Of a stretch of 10,440 nt of DNA, positions 1 to 7,318 are shown in pieces. The stretch covers positions 1 through 10,440 of the forward strand of contig JBIOWP010000123.1 in the NCBI GenBank assembly GCA_044868695.1. Reading direction: 5' to 3'. Source of the stretch: a bacterium (lineage in GTDB: Bacteria > Sysuimicrobiota > Sysuimicrobiia > Sysuimicrobiales > Kaftiobacteriaceae). Under the pieces are notes generated by a model, which did not search any database, was not told the DNA's origin, and worked only from the letters and a program-made list of their open reading frames with translations. Positions within the stretch are counted from its first letter, which is position 1. Each line of letters starts with the position of its first letter. The position numbers and the translations under genes were made by a program.

Positions 1-166
1 TCAGCCGCAGCCGTCCGGCGCTCGTCGCGACATAGTCCAGTCCTTTCGCGGGATCGGCGAGCACCTGCGGTGTCACCCCACTCGTCATGAATAAGATGAA
101 CAAGAGCGCGAGGGCGATTCCCCCGACGACCCCGCATAATCCGGCAGTCTGAATGCGTGGATACAT
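1..166 (-). CDS. Hypothetical membrane protein, 5' part only (runs off the left edge)
   Basis: Manual translation from ATG at 166 (minus strand): MYPRIQTAGLCGVVGGIALALLFILFMTSGVTPQVLADPAKGLDYVATSAGRLRL..., open to the window edge. It has a hydrophobic N-terminal helix (GLCGVVGGIALALLFILFM). SD-like AGGACGGTGA ends 4 nt before the ATG. Not in the ORF track. Confidence 0.75.
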   Translation of the reverse strand, partial: MYPRIQTAGLCGVVGGIALALLFILFMTSGVTPQVLADPAKGLDYVATSAGRLRL

Positions 167-220
167 CTGTTCACCGTCCTGGCCGCTCCTGTGAATTCGG
201 CAGAGCGCGCCGCGAGGCCA

Positions 221-247
221 CTTCGGCGGTCGCCGCCGCGCACCTGC
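221..247 (-). promoter_or_regulatory. Putative SigH-like promoter (GCAGG-N18-GAAG) for the divergent membrane-protein gene
   Basis: Minus strand reads GCAGG TGCGCGGCGGCGACCGCC GAAG. Same spacing as three other upstream motifs in the window. Resembles the Bacillus SigH consensus AGGA-N17-GAAT. Confidence 0.3.
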
Positions 248-252
248 CGTTC

Positions 253-280
253 AGAGGAGAGCGGTCGCGAGGACCCGAAC
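253..280 (+). promoter_or_regulatory. Putative SigH-like promoter (AGAGGA-N18-GAAC) for folD
   Basis: AGGA at 255-258 and GAAC at 277-280, 9 nt before the GTG at 290. No SD lies between the motif and the start. Confidence 0.33.
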
Positions 281-289
281 CGTACCTCC

Positions 290-1156
290 GTGACGGCGCA
301 GGTTCTCGATGGGAAGCGTCTCGCAGCGCAGGTGGAGTCCGATGTCGCAGTCCAGGCTGCGGTGCTCACGAAACGGTACGGCGTCTCTCCGGCGCTCGCG
401 GCGATTCTCGTCGGCGATGACCCTGCGTCCACGCTGTACGTCAAGCGGAAGGCTGAGGCGTTTGGCCGGGCCGGCATGCGGTCCGAAACATTCCATCTGC
501 CGGCGACCGCGTCTGAGGCCGAAGTGCTCGCGCTGATCGCCACGCTCAACGCCCGGGTAGATATTCACGGAATCCTGCCCCAGCAGCCGATGCCGGTTCA
601 GATCAACCCCCGGACGGTGTTCGAGCGGGTTGATTCCCGCAAAGATGTCGACGGGCTCGGACCCATCAACATGGCGGCGCTGCTGGTCGGGCGGCCGCGC
701 CTCATCCCGTGCACGCCCGCCGGCATCATGCGTTTGATGGAGCACGCGCGAGTCGATCTCCCGGGGAAGGAGGCGGTGGTCGTGGGCCGCAGCGTGATCG
801 TGGGCCGGCCGATGGCGCTGCTGCTGCTGCACGCCAACGCAACGGTGACGATGTGTCATACTCGAACCCGCGAGCTGGCGGCGCATACCCGCCGGGCCGA
901 CATCCTGGTGGTCGCGGCCGGGAGACCCCGGCTTATCAATGGACAGATGATCAAGCCCGGCGCCGTGGTCATCGACGTGGGCGTCAATCGGGTAGACGGC
1001 AAACTCGCCGGGGATGTGGACTATGCCTCCGCCTCCGCGGTCGCCGGCTGGATCACACCCGTCCCCGGGGGCGTCGGCCCGATGACCATCGCGATGCTGC
1101 TGCAAAACACACTTCAAGCAGCCGAATCACAACTGGGTACTAGGCAGACAGGCTGA
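290..1156 (+). CDS. folD: Bifunctional methylenetetrahydrofolate dehydrogenase / methenyltetrahydrofolate cyclohydrolase FolD (288 aa)
   Basis: Motifs (M)TAQVLDGK, LVGDDPAS..YV..K, KDVDG, PCTPAGI, VVVGRS.IVG.P, VIDVGVNR and TPVPGGVGPMTIAMLL. Start moved from 191 to GTG 290 because FolD homology begins at TAQVLDGK and the extension would cover the divergent intergenic region. Confidence 0.97.
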   Translation: MTAQVLDGKRLAAQVESDVAVQAAVLTKRYGVSPALAAILVGDDPASTLYVKRKAEAFGRAGMRSETFHLPATASEAEVLALIATLNARVDIHGILPQQPMPVQINPRTVFERVDSRKDVDGLGPINMAALLVGRPRLIPCTPAGIMRLMEHARVDLPGKEAVVVGRSVIVGRPMALLLLHANATVTMCHTRTRELAAHTRRADILVVAAGRPRLINGQMIKPGAVVIDVGVNRVDGKLAGDVDYASASAVAGWITPVPGGVGPMTIAMLLQNTLQAAESQLGTRQTG

Positions 1157-1166
1157 GCACATTTAC

Positions 1167-1208
1167 CCCGATCTATGAACCGTGCTGAAGCGATAGACAT
1201 AGATAGGG
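1167..1208. repeat. Imperfect inverted repeat in the folD-folC spacer
   Basis: CCCGATCTATG (1167-1177) pairs with CATAGATAGGG (1198-1208) at 10 of 11 positions around a 20-nt loop. It overlaps the palindrome GGGTC-A-GACCC (1206-1216). Confidence 0.5.
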
Positions 1209-1221
1209 TCAGACCCCATTG

Positions 1222-2568
1222 ATGTACGTTGACGCGCTTGCCTACATCGATGGGCTGCTGACCCGGCCGCGGTCGGCGACGCTGCCACGGGATGCCGGCA
1301 AGCTCCGCCGGGTCGAGGAGTTGCTGCGGCGCCTGGGCGACCCCCACCGGGCCGTTCGCACGCTCCTCATCGCCGGCACGAAGGGCAAAGGGTCGACGGC
1401 GGCGATGCTGGCCTCGATCCTGCATGCCGCCGGGTATCGGATCGGCCTCTACACCAAGCCTCACCTTGTTGACTACCGGGAGCGGATCCGAATCGACGAC
1501 GAGTTAGTTCCTCCTGAGGAACTGGCCCGACTCGTCGAGGCGGCACGTCCGCACGTCGAGGCGATGGACGCTCACCCGCTGGGCGTGCCGACCTACTTCG
1601 AGTTCTCCGTCGCCCTGGCGTTCACGCACTTTGCCCGCTCGCGCGTCGATCTCGCCATCGTCGAAGTCGGGTTGGGCGGGCGGCTGGATGCGACCAACGT
1701 CGCCGATCCGGCGGTCTCGGTGATCACCCCGGTGAGCTATGACCACATGGAGGTCCTCGGGGACACGCTCGATGCCATTGCACGGGAGAAAGCCGGCATC
1801 ATCCGCGACCGGGGGGCGGTGGTGAGCGCTCCGCAGGGTCCCGAAGCGCTGGCGGCCATCATCGATGTCTGCGCGCGGCATGAGGCCCGGTTGTGGCTGA
1901 TCGACGAAGTGATGCGCTGGCGCGCTGTGAGCTCGACGCCGTATGAACAGACCTTTGAGCTCTCCGGCCTGTGGTGGGACTACGGCCGGCTGCGTCTCCC
2001 GCTGGTCGGGGCCCACCAGATCGTGAACGCCGCCACCGCGGTCGCCAGCGCAGAGGTACTCGCGGACCGGGGATTCCCGCTGGACGCCGGAGCCGTCCGC
2101 ACCGGCCTCGACCGCCTGCGCTGGCCGGCCCGCGTGGAGGTGCTGCGGGAACGCCCGTACGTCGTCGTGGACGTGGCCCACAACCCGGCCTCATTGGGCG
2201 CGCTGCGCCAGACGCTCGAGGCGATTTTCCCGGGCCGCCGGATCGTGCTCGTCTTCGGCATGGTGGCCACCCACGACCACCGCGCCTGCACGAGTCTAAT
2301 CGCGCCGCTCGCGGATGTCGTGATTGTGACGACCCCCCACCACACCAAGCCTTTGTCTGCCGGTGTGCTGGCGGCGGAGGCCGGCCGTTTTGTTGCCCGT
2401 GTCGAAGTGGTCGAGGATCGCCAGGCGGCGGTCCAGCGGGCGCTCGAGCTGGCGGGTCCCGAAGACGTCGTTGTCGTGACGGGGTCGTTCTTTCTTGTCG
2501 GGGACGTGCGTGATACGCTTCAAGCGGGCCGCTCGCCGCAGGCGCAGCCCCAAGGCCGTTCGAGCTAG
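1222..2568 (+). CDS. folC: Folylpolyglutamate synthase / dihydrofolate synthase FolC
   Basis: N-terminal MY.DAL.YI, P-loop AGTKGKGST, YTKPHL...RERI, TYFE, EVGLGGRLDATNV, DH..VLG, EKAGII, WPAR.E, DVAHNP and TGSFFLVG. Start is ATG 1222, or TTG 1219. Confidence 0.96.
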   Translation: MYVDALAYIDGLLTRPRSATLPRDAGKLRRVEELLRRLGDPHRAVRTLLIAGTKGKGSTAAMLASILHAAGYRIGLYTKPHLVDYRERIRIDDELVPPEELARLVEAARPHVEAMDAHPLGVPTYFEFSVALAFTHFARSRVDLAIVEVGLGGRLDATNVADPAVSVITPVSYDHMEVLGDTLDAIAREKAGIIRDRGAVVSAPQGPEALAAIIDVCARHEARLWLIDEVMRWRAVSSTPYEQTFELSGLWWDYGRLRLPLVGAHQIVNAATAVASAEVLADRGFPLDAGAVRTGLDRLRWPARVEVLRERPYVVVDVAHNPASLGALRQTLEAIFPGRRIVLVFGMVATHDHRACTSLIAPLADVVIVTTPHHTKPLSAGVLAAEAGRFVARVEVVEDRQAAVQRALELAGPEDVVVVTGSFFLVGDVRDTLQAGRSPQAQPQGRSS

Positions 2569-2591
2569 CCGCCGCTGGTCGGAGTGTGAGT

Positions 2592-4190
2592 ATGTGGGTC
2601 GATGTGATCGTCGGCGACGTGGTGCGCACGCGTCCCGCCGATCGCTATGTGATCAACGATGCGAAGAGTCCCTCGGGACCGATTCACGTGGGGTCGCTGC
2701 GAGGGGTGGTGCTCCACGACTGCATCGGCCGTGGGCTCGTCGAACAGGGCCGCCGCGTCGCATTTCTCTACGGGTTTGACGACTATGACCCAATGGACAC
2801 GGTCCCGGCGGCCGCACCGGAGGAGTTCCGCCGGTACCTCGGCATGCCGCTGTCCGACGTGCCCTCGCCGGCGGGAACCCAGGAAAGCCTGGCGCGGTAC
2901 TTCGGCACGGCCCTCATCCAAGTGTTCAACCAGCTCGGCATCCACCCCGACGTGTACTGGACGAGTGAGATGTACAAGGCGGGGCGGTTCAATGATGCCA
3001 TCCGCCTCGCGTTGGATCGGGCCGATGAATTCATTCGCATCGACCGGGAGATCAGCGGCAGCAAGCGGGCCGAGCGGCACCCGGTTCAGGTGGTGTGCGA
3101 GTCGTGCGGCCGGATAGGGACGACGGTAATCACAGGGTGGGACGGGCGGGTGGTGTCCTATGAGTGCCGGCCGGATAAAGTCGCCTGGGCGCAGGGGTGT
3201 GGGCACCGCGGGCAGCGGGGGCCGTTCGATGGGGGCAGCAAGCTGCAGTATGTCGTGGAGTGGGCCGCCAAGTGGAAGATTTTGGGGGTGATGATCGAAG
3301 GGGCCGGGAAAGACCACATGACCAAGGGGGGCAGCCACGACCGCGCCAGCGCGATGGTCGAGCGCCTCTTTACCTACCCGACGCCGTATCCGGTTCCCTA
3401 TGAGTGGTTGCTGATCGGCGGCCGCGCGATGAGCAGCAGCCGCGGCGTCGGCATGCCGGCGGCCGAGCTGGTGGAACTGCTTCGACCGGAGCTGGCGAGA
3501 TTTCTCCTCGTCCGACCGCACCACCGCCAGCAGATCAATTTTGATCCAGGTGGCGAAACAGTCCCGAACCTGTACGACGAATACGACCGGGCCGCGGCCG
3601 CGTACTTCGGAGAGGCCGAGGCCAAGACCCCGGCGGAGGCCGAACTCCTCCGAGATCATGCGCGGACCTTCGCGTATGCCCGCACCGAGGCCGAGCCCCA
3701 TCGTTGCTTCCGGATGCGCTTTGCCAAGGTAGCGTATCTCATGCAGATGCCGGCCGTAGACATCGCCCGCGAGGCGGAGCGCGAGAAAGGGGCGCCGCTG
3801 GTTGAGGCCGACCGCGCCGAGCTCGCCCGGCGTATCGACGATGCCCGGCGGTGGCTCGCGGCGCATGCGCCCGACCACTACCGTTTTCAGGTGCAGCCCA
3901 GCCTTCCCGACGTGTCCCTGGATGGCGCGCAGCGGGAGTTTCTCGGGCGGCTGGCCGCCGTTCTGCGCAGCCGGCCGGAGTGGCCCGGGGAGACACTGCA
4001 CGAGCAGATCCATGCCTTGAAGGCAGAGATGGGGCTCGCCTCCAAGCAGGCGTTCTCCGCGATCTATCTGGCGTTCCTGGGCAAGCCGTCCGGTCCTCAG
4101 GCAGGCTGGTTTTTGGCGTCCCTGGACCGTGAGTTTGTCGTCACGAGACTGGCGGATGCCGCCGGCGCGATGCGGACCGGATCCCGCTGA
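2592..4190 (+). CDS. lysS: Lysine--tRNA ligase, class I (LysRS1)
   Basis: MWVD start, SPSGPIHVGSLR (HIGH-like), DDYDPMD, zinc-type CESCG...C...CGH, KL...VEWAAKW, EGAGKDH...GGS, YEW, MSSSRG (KMSKS-like) and C-terminal AIY..FLGK.SGP.AG.FL anticodon-binding domain. GGAG at 2581-2584 lies 7 nt before ATG 2592, favouring it over GTG 2586. Confidence 0.96.
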   Translation: MWVDVIVGDVVRTRPADRYVINDAKSPSGPIHVGSLRGVVLHDCIGRGLVEQGRRVAFLYGFDDYDPMDTVPAAAPEEFRRYLGMPLSDVPSPAGTQESLARYFGTALIQVFNQLGIHPDVYWTSEMYKAGRFNDAIRLALDRADEFIRIDREISGSKRAERHPVQVVCESCGRIGTTVITGWDGRVVSYECRPDKVAWAQGCGHRGQRGPFDGGSKLQYVVEWAAKWKILGVMIEGAGKDHMTKGGSHDRASAMVERLFTYPTPYPVPYEWLLIGGRAMSSSRGVGMPAAELVELLRPELARFLLVRPHHRQQINFDPGGETVPNLYDEYDRAAAAYFGEAEAKTPAEAELLRDHARTFAYARTEAEPHRCFRMRFAKVAYLMQMPAVDIAREAEREKGAPLVEADRAELARRIDDARRWLAAHAPDHYRFQVQPSLPDVSLDGAQREFLGRLAAVLRSRPEWPGETLHEQIHALKAEMGLASKQAFSAIYLAFLGKPSGPQAGWFLASLDREFVVTRLADAAGAMRTGSR

Positions 4191-5149
4191 TGACGCACGA
4201 CCGCGCCCTCAACGTTTTGATCTTTATCAACCTCGAGGAACGCCTGCTCGCACAGATCCGCGCGGTCGATCCCCGCGTGCGGGTGACCGTGGCCGCCGGC
4301 CAGCCGGGGATCCCGGCCCTGGCCGGACCCGCGGAGGTCATGGTCGGCTGGAAGGTCCCCCGGGAGGCCATTCAGCATGCGCCGGGATTGAAATGGATTC
4401 ACTCGACGGGCGCAGGCGTCGATGATGTCATGGTCCCGGAAGTCTTCGAGCGCGAGATTGTGATCACCAAAAGCATCGGCATTCACCCCCCGCTGCCCGA
4501 GCACGTCTTCGCGTTCATCCTGGCGTTCGAGCGCCGGCTTCACATCGCGGTGCGCCGCCAGCTCCAGCGGCGGTGGGATCGCGCCGCTGTGCTCGGTGGC
4601 GACGTGGCCGGAAAGACCCTCGGGATCCTTGGCGTGGGGACCATCGGCCGCGAGATCGCCGCCAAGGCGGCGGCGTTCAACCTGCGGGTGGTCGGGACCC
4701 GGCGCACGCCCGTGCCCACGCCCGGGGTCGAGCGAGTGCTGCCCCCGGACGGGCTGCCGGAGGTCCTGCGCGAGTCGGACTTCGTCCTGGTCGCGCTGCC
4801 CCTGACGCCGGAGACCCGCGGGCTGATCGGCGAGCGCGAGTTCCAGATGATGAAGCGCACGGCGGTGTTCATGAACATCGGGCGGGGCCCCATCGTCCAG
4901 GAGGCGGCGCTGATCCGCGCGCTGCGCGAGGGGTGGATCGCGGGCGCCGCGTTGGACGTCTTCGAGCGGGAACCGCTGCCCTCCGACAGTCCGCTGTACG
5001 ATTTCGAGAATGTGATTATCACCCCCCACGTCTCGGGCGCCTCCCCGCGCTACATGGATCGGGCCGTGCCCCTGTTCTGTGAAAACCTCCGGCGGTACCT
5101 GCGAGGCGAGCCGCTCCTCAACCTGGTCGACAAGGCACGAGGCTATTGA
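4190..5149 (+). CDS. D-isomer-specific 2-hydroxyacid dehydrogenase (NAD(P)-binding)
   Basis: WIHSTGAGVD, Rossmann GILGVGTIG, GTRR, LPLTPETRGLIG, NIGRG, AALDVF..EPLP and TPHVSG (Arg/Glu/His catalytic triad). Start overlaps the lysS stop (TGATG). Confidence 0.93.
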   Translation: MTHDRALNVLIFINLEERLLAQIRAVDPRVRVTVAAGQPGIPALAGPAEVMVGWKVPREAIQHAPGLKWIHSTGAGVDDVMVPEVFEREIVITKSIGIHPPLPEHVFAFILAFERRLHIAVRRQLQRRWDRAAVLGGDVAGKTLGILGVGTIGREIAAKAAAFNLRVVGTRRTPVPTPGVERVLPPDGLPEVLRESDFVLVALPLTPETRGLIGEREFQMMKRTAVFMNIGRGPIVQEAALIRALREGWIAGAALDVFEREPLPSDSPLYDFENVIITPHVSGASPRYMDRAVPLFCENLRRYLRGEPLLNLVDKARGY

Positions 5150-5165
5150 GGCCCGCGCGGTGAAT
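5140..5165 (+). promoter_or_regulatory. Putative SigH-like promoter (AGG-N19-GAAT) for the EF-G paralog
   Basis: AGG at 5140-5142 and GAAT at 5162-5165, about 30 nt upstream of GTG 5195. SD GGAGG at 5184-5188 lies between them. Confidence 0.3.
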
Positions 5166-5194
5166 ATCGGAGTATCGCCCGAGGGAGGTTCCCA

Positions 5195-7282
5195 GTGAAG
5201 CCATATCCTCCAGAGCGCATCCGCAACATCGCCGTCGTGGGGCACGGCGGTACCGGGAAGACGTCGCTGGTCGAAGCCATGTTGTTCACAGCCAAGGCCG
5301 TAGACCGGTTGGGCAAGGTGGACGACGGCACCGCCACCACCGATTTCGATCCGGAAGAGCAGCGCCGCAAGCACACGATCAACGCCGCGCTGGCTCCCGT
5401 GGTGTGGCAGGATCACAAGATCAATCTCCTGGACACCCCCGGCTACCCCGACTTTGTCGGCGAGGTCGTCGGGGCGCTGCGCGTTGTCGAGGGCGCGGTG
5501 CTGGTCGTCGACGCGGTCGCGGGCGTGCAGGTGCAGACCGAGGCCGCGTGGGCGCACGCGGAGCAGGGCGGCGTAAGCCGGCTGATCGTGGTGAATCGGC
5601 TGGACCGCGAAAACGCGAGTTTCGACCGGACCCTGCAGTCCCTGCGGACCCGGTTCGGCACGAGGGTGGCGCCCATCCACATCCCGATCGGCGCCGAGGG
5701 TGGGTTCACCGGCGTGGTGGATCTGCTGGAAATGAAGGCGTACACCTTTGCCCAGGGCACCCCGGCGGCCGGCGAGATTCCGGCCGAGCTCGCCGCCCCG
5801 GCCCAGACCGCCCGCGAGAAGTTGATGGAGGCCGCGGCCGAATCAGACGACGCGCTGGTCGAAAAGTACCTGGAGACCGGTGAACTGTCGCAGGAGGAGC
5901 TGACGCACGGGCTGCATGCCGGAGTGAAAGCCGGCACCTTGGTCCCGGTGCTGTGCGCATCCGCGACCAGGCTCATCGGTATCCCGCTGCTGCTGAACGA
6001 ACTCGTCACACTGCTGCCTGCGCCGGCGGAACGCCACGAGGTGACGGCGACCGACCCGCACAAGCAGCCGGTCGAAGTGGCGCAGGTCCCCGGCGCCCCC
6101 CTGACGGCCCTGGTCTTCAAGACCCTCGCGGATCCCTACGTGGGCAAGCTCTCTTACTTCCGCGTGTACGGCGGGGCCCTGCGCTCCGACGCGCACGTGC
6201 TCAACGCCACCCGGGGAAAGCCCGAGCGGATCGGGCAGGTGTACTTCCTGCGCGGCAAGCATCAGGAGCCGACGCCGGAGGTCGGTCCCGGCGACATCGG
6301 CGCCGTCGCCAAGCTCGTGGAAACCGGCTCCGGCGACACGCTGGCAGCCAAGGAAACGCCCCTGCTCCTCTCGCCCATTGCGTTTCCTCAGCCCGCGATT
6401 TCGCTGGCGGTAGAGCCGAAGAGCAAGGGCGACGAGGACAAGATGGGCGTGTCGCTGCAGCGGCTGACCGAGGAAGATCCCACGCTGCGGGTCCGCCGTG
6501 ATGCCGAAATGAAGCAGACGATCCTCTCCGGCATGGGCGAGTCCCACCTGGAGATTATGGCCGACCGCCTGCGGCGGAAGTTCGGGGTCGACGTCGTCTT
6601 GATGCCACCCCGCGTGCCGTATCGCGAAACGATCCGGGGGAAGGCGAAGGCGCAGGGCCGGTACGTGAAGCAGACCGGCGGCCACGGGCAATACGGGGTC
6701 TGTTTTATCGACATGGAGCCGCTGCCGCGAGGCACGGGCTTCGAGTTTGTCGACAAGATTCATGGCGGATCGATCCCCAACCAATTCATCCCGTCCGTCG
6801 AAAAGGGCGTGCGCAAGGCGCTGGACGAGGGTGTGCTCGCGGGGTACCCGGTCGTGGACATACGCGTCGCGTTGGTGGACGGCAAGTATCACGACGTGGA
6901 CAGTTCCGACATTGCGTTTCAGATCGCCGGGTCGATGGCCTTCAAAGAGGCGGCCACCTCGGCGGGTCTGATTCTCCTGGAACCCGTGGTGACGCTATCG
7001 GTGCATGTGCCCGACGACCAGATGGGCGATATCATCGGCGATCTGAACGCCAAGCGCGGGCGCATCCTGGGGATGGACCCGCAGGGGAACGGGACCACGA
7101 TCGTACAGGCTCAGGTGCCCCAGGCCGAGGTGTTGCGGTACGCCTCCGACCTGCGCTCGATGACGGGGGGCCGGGGAACCTTCACCCTGGCGTTTTCGCG
7201 CTATGAAGAGGTGCCGCCCCACGTCACCGAGCGCGTGATTGCCGAGGCGAAGCATCAGAAAGCCGGAGCCGCCTCGCGATGA
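5195..7282 (+). CDS. fusA: Elongation factor G paralog (EF-G2 / EFG II type), 695 aa
   Basis: Full EF-G domain order: IRNIAVVGHGGTGKTSL, DTPGYPDF, EEDPT, GMGESHLEI, VPYRETI, KQTGGHGQYG, GYPVVD, YHDVDSS, LLEP and LRSMTGGRG. G1 GHGGTGKT and switch I EEQRRKHTI differ from canonical AHIDAGKT and RGITI. The gene is not in an rpsL-rpsG-fusA-tuf operon. SD GGAGG at 5184-5188. Confidence 0.95.
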   Translation: MKPYPPERIRNIAVVGHGGTGKTSLVEAMLFTAKAVDRLGKVDDGTATTDFDPEEQRRKHTINAALAPVVWQDHKINLLDTPGYPDFVGEVVGALRVVEGAVLVVDAVAGVQVQTEAAWAHAEQGGVSRLIVVNRLDRENASFDRTLQSLRTRFGTRVAPIHIPIGAEGGFTGVVDLLEMKAYTFAQGTPAAGEIPAELAAPAQTAREKLMEAAAESDDALVEKYLETGELSQEELTHGLHAGVKAGTLVPVLCASATRLIGIPLLLNELVTLLPAPAERHEVTATDPHKQPVEVAQVPGAPLTALVFKTLADPYVGKLSYFRVYGGALRSDAHVLNATRGKPERIGQVYFLRGKHQEPTPEVGPGDIGAVAKLVETGSGDTLAAKETPLLLSPIAFPQPAISLAVEPKSKGDEDKMGVSLQRLTEEDPTLRVRRDAEMKQTILSGMGESHLEIMADRLRRKFGVDVVLMPPRVPYRETIRGKAKAQGRYVKQTGGHGQYGVCFIDMEPLPRGTGFEFVDKIHGGSIPNQFIPSVEKGVRKALDEGVLAGYPVVDIRVALVDGKYHDVDSSDIAFQIAGSMAFKEAATSAGLILLEPVVTLSVHVPDDQMGDIIGDLNAKRGRILGMDPQGNGTTIVQAQVPQAEVLRYASDLRSMTGGRGTFTLAFSRYEEVPPHVTERVIAEAKHQKAGAASR

Positions 7283-7318
7283 CCTGAGGAATATCCCGCA
7301 GGATTGCGCCGTTCGGCA

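Noticed and set aside
191..289. 33-aa N-terminal extension of FolD in the ORF track
   Set aside because: No FolD similarity, Arg/Pro/Ser-rich, and it covers the divergent intergenic region. GTG 290 matches the normal FolD start.
167..289. THF or ZMP/ZTP riboswitch upstream of folD
   Set aside because: I could not recognise the conserved sequence blocks of either aptamer by eye, and the short gap is shared with a divergent gene. An Rfam/Infernal scan would settle it.
817..830. (CTG)n triplet run in folD
   Set aside because: Simply encodes LLLL with the preferred Leu codon.
2569..2591. T-box or lysine riboswitch before lysS
   Set aside because: The gap is only 23 nt.
2565..5680. Long minus-strand ORFs 2565-4013 and 4097-5680, and similar ones at 251-1117, 5843-6892 and 7358-8230
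   Set aside because: All lie antisense to well-supported genes, as expected from stop-codon scarcity in high-GC DNA, and show no family motifs.
7283..7302. Small hairpin CCTG...CAGG after the EF-G2 stop as a terminator
   Set aside because: Short interrupted stem and no U tract.
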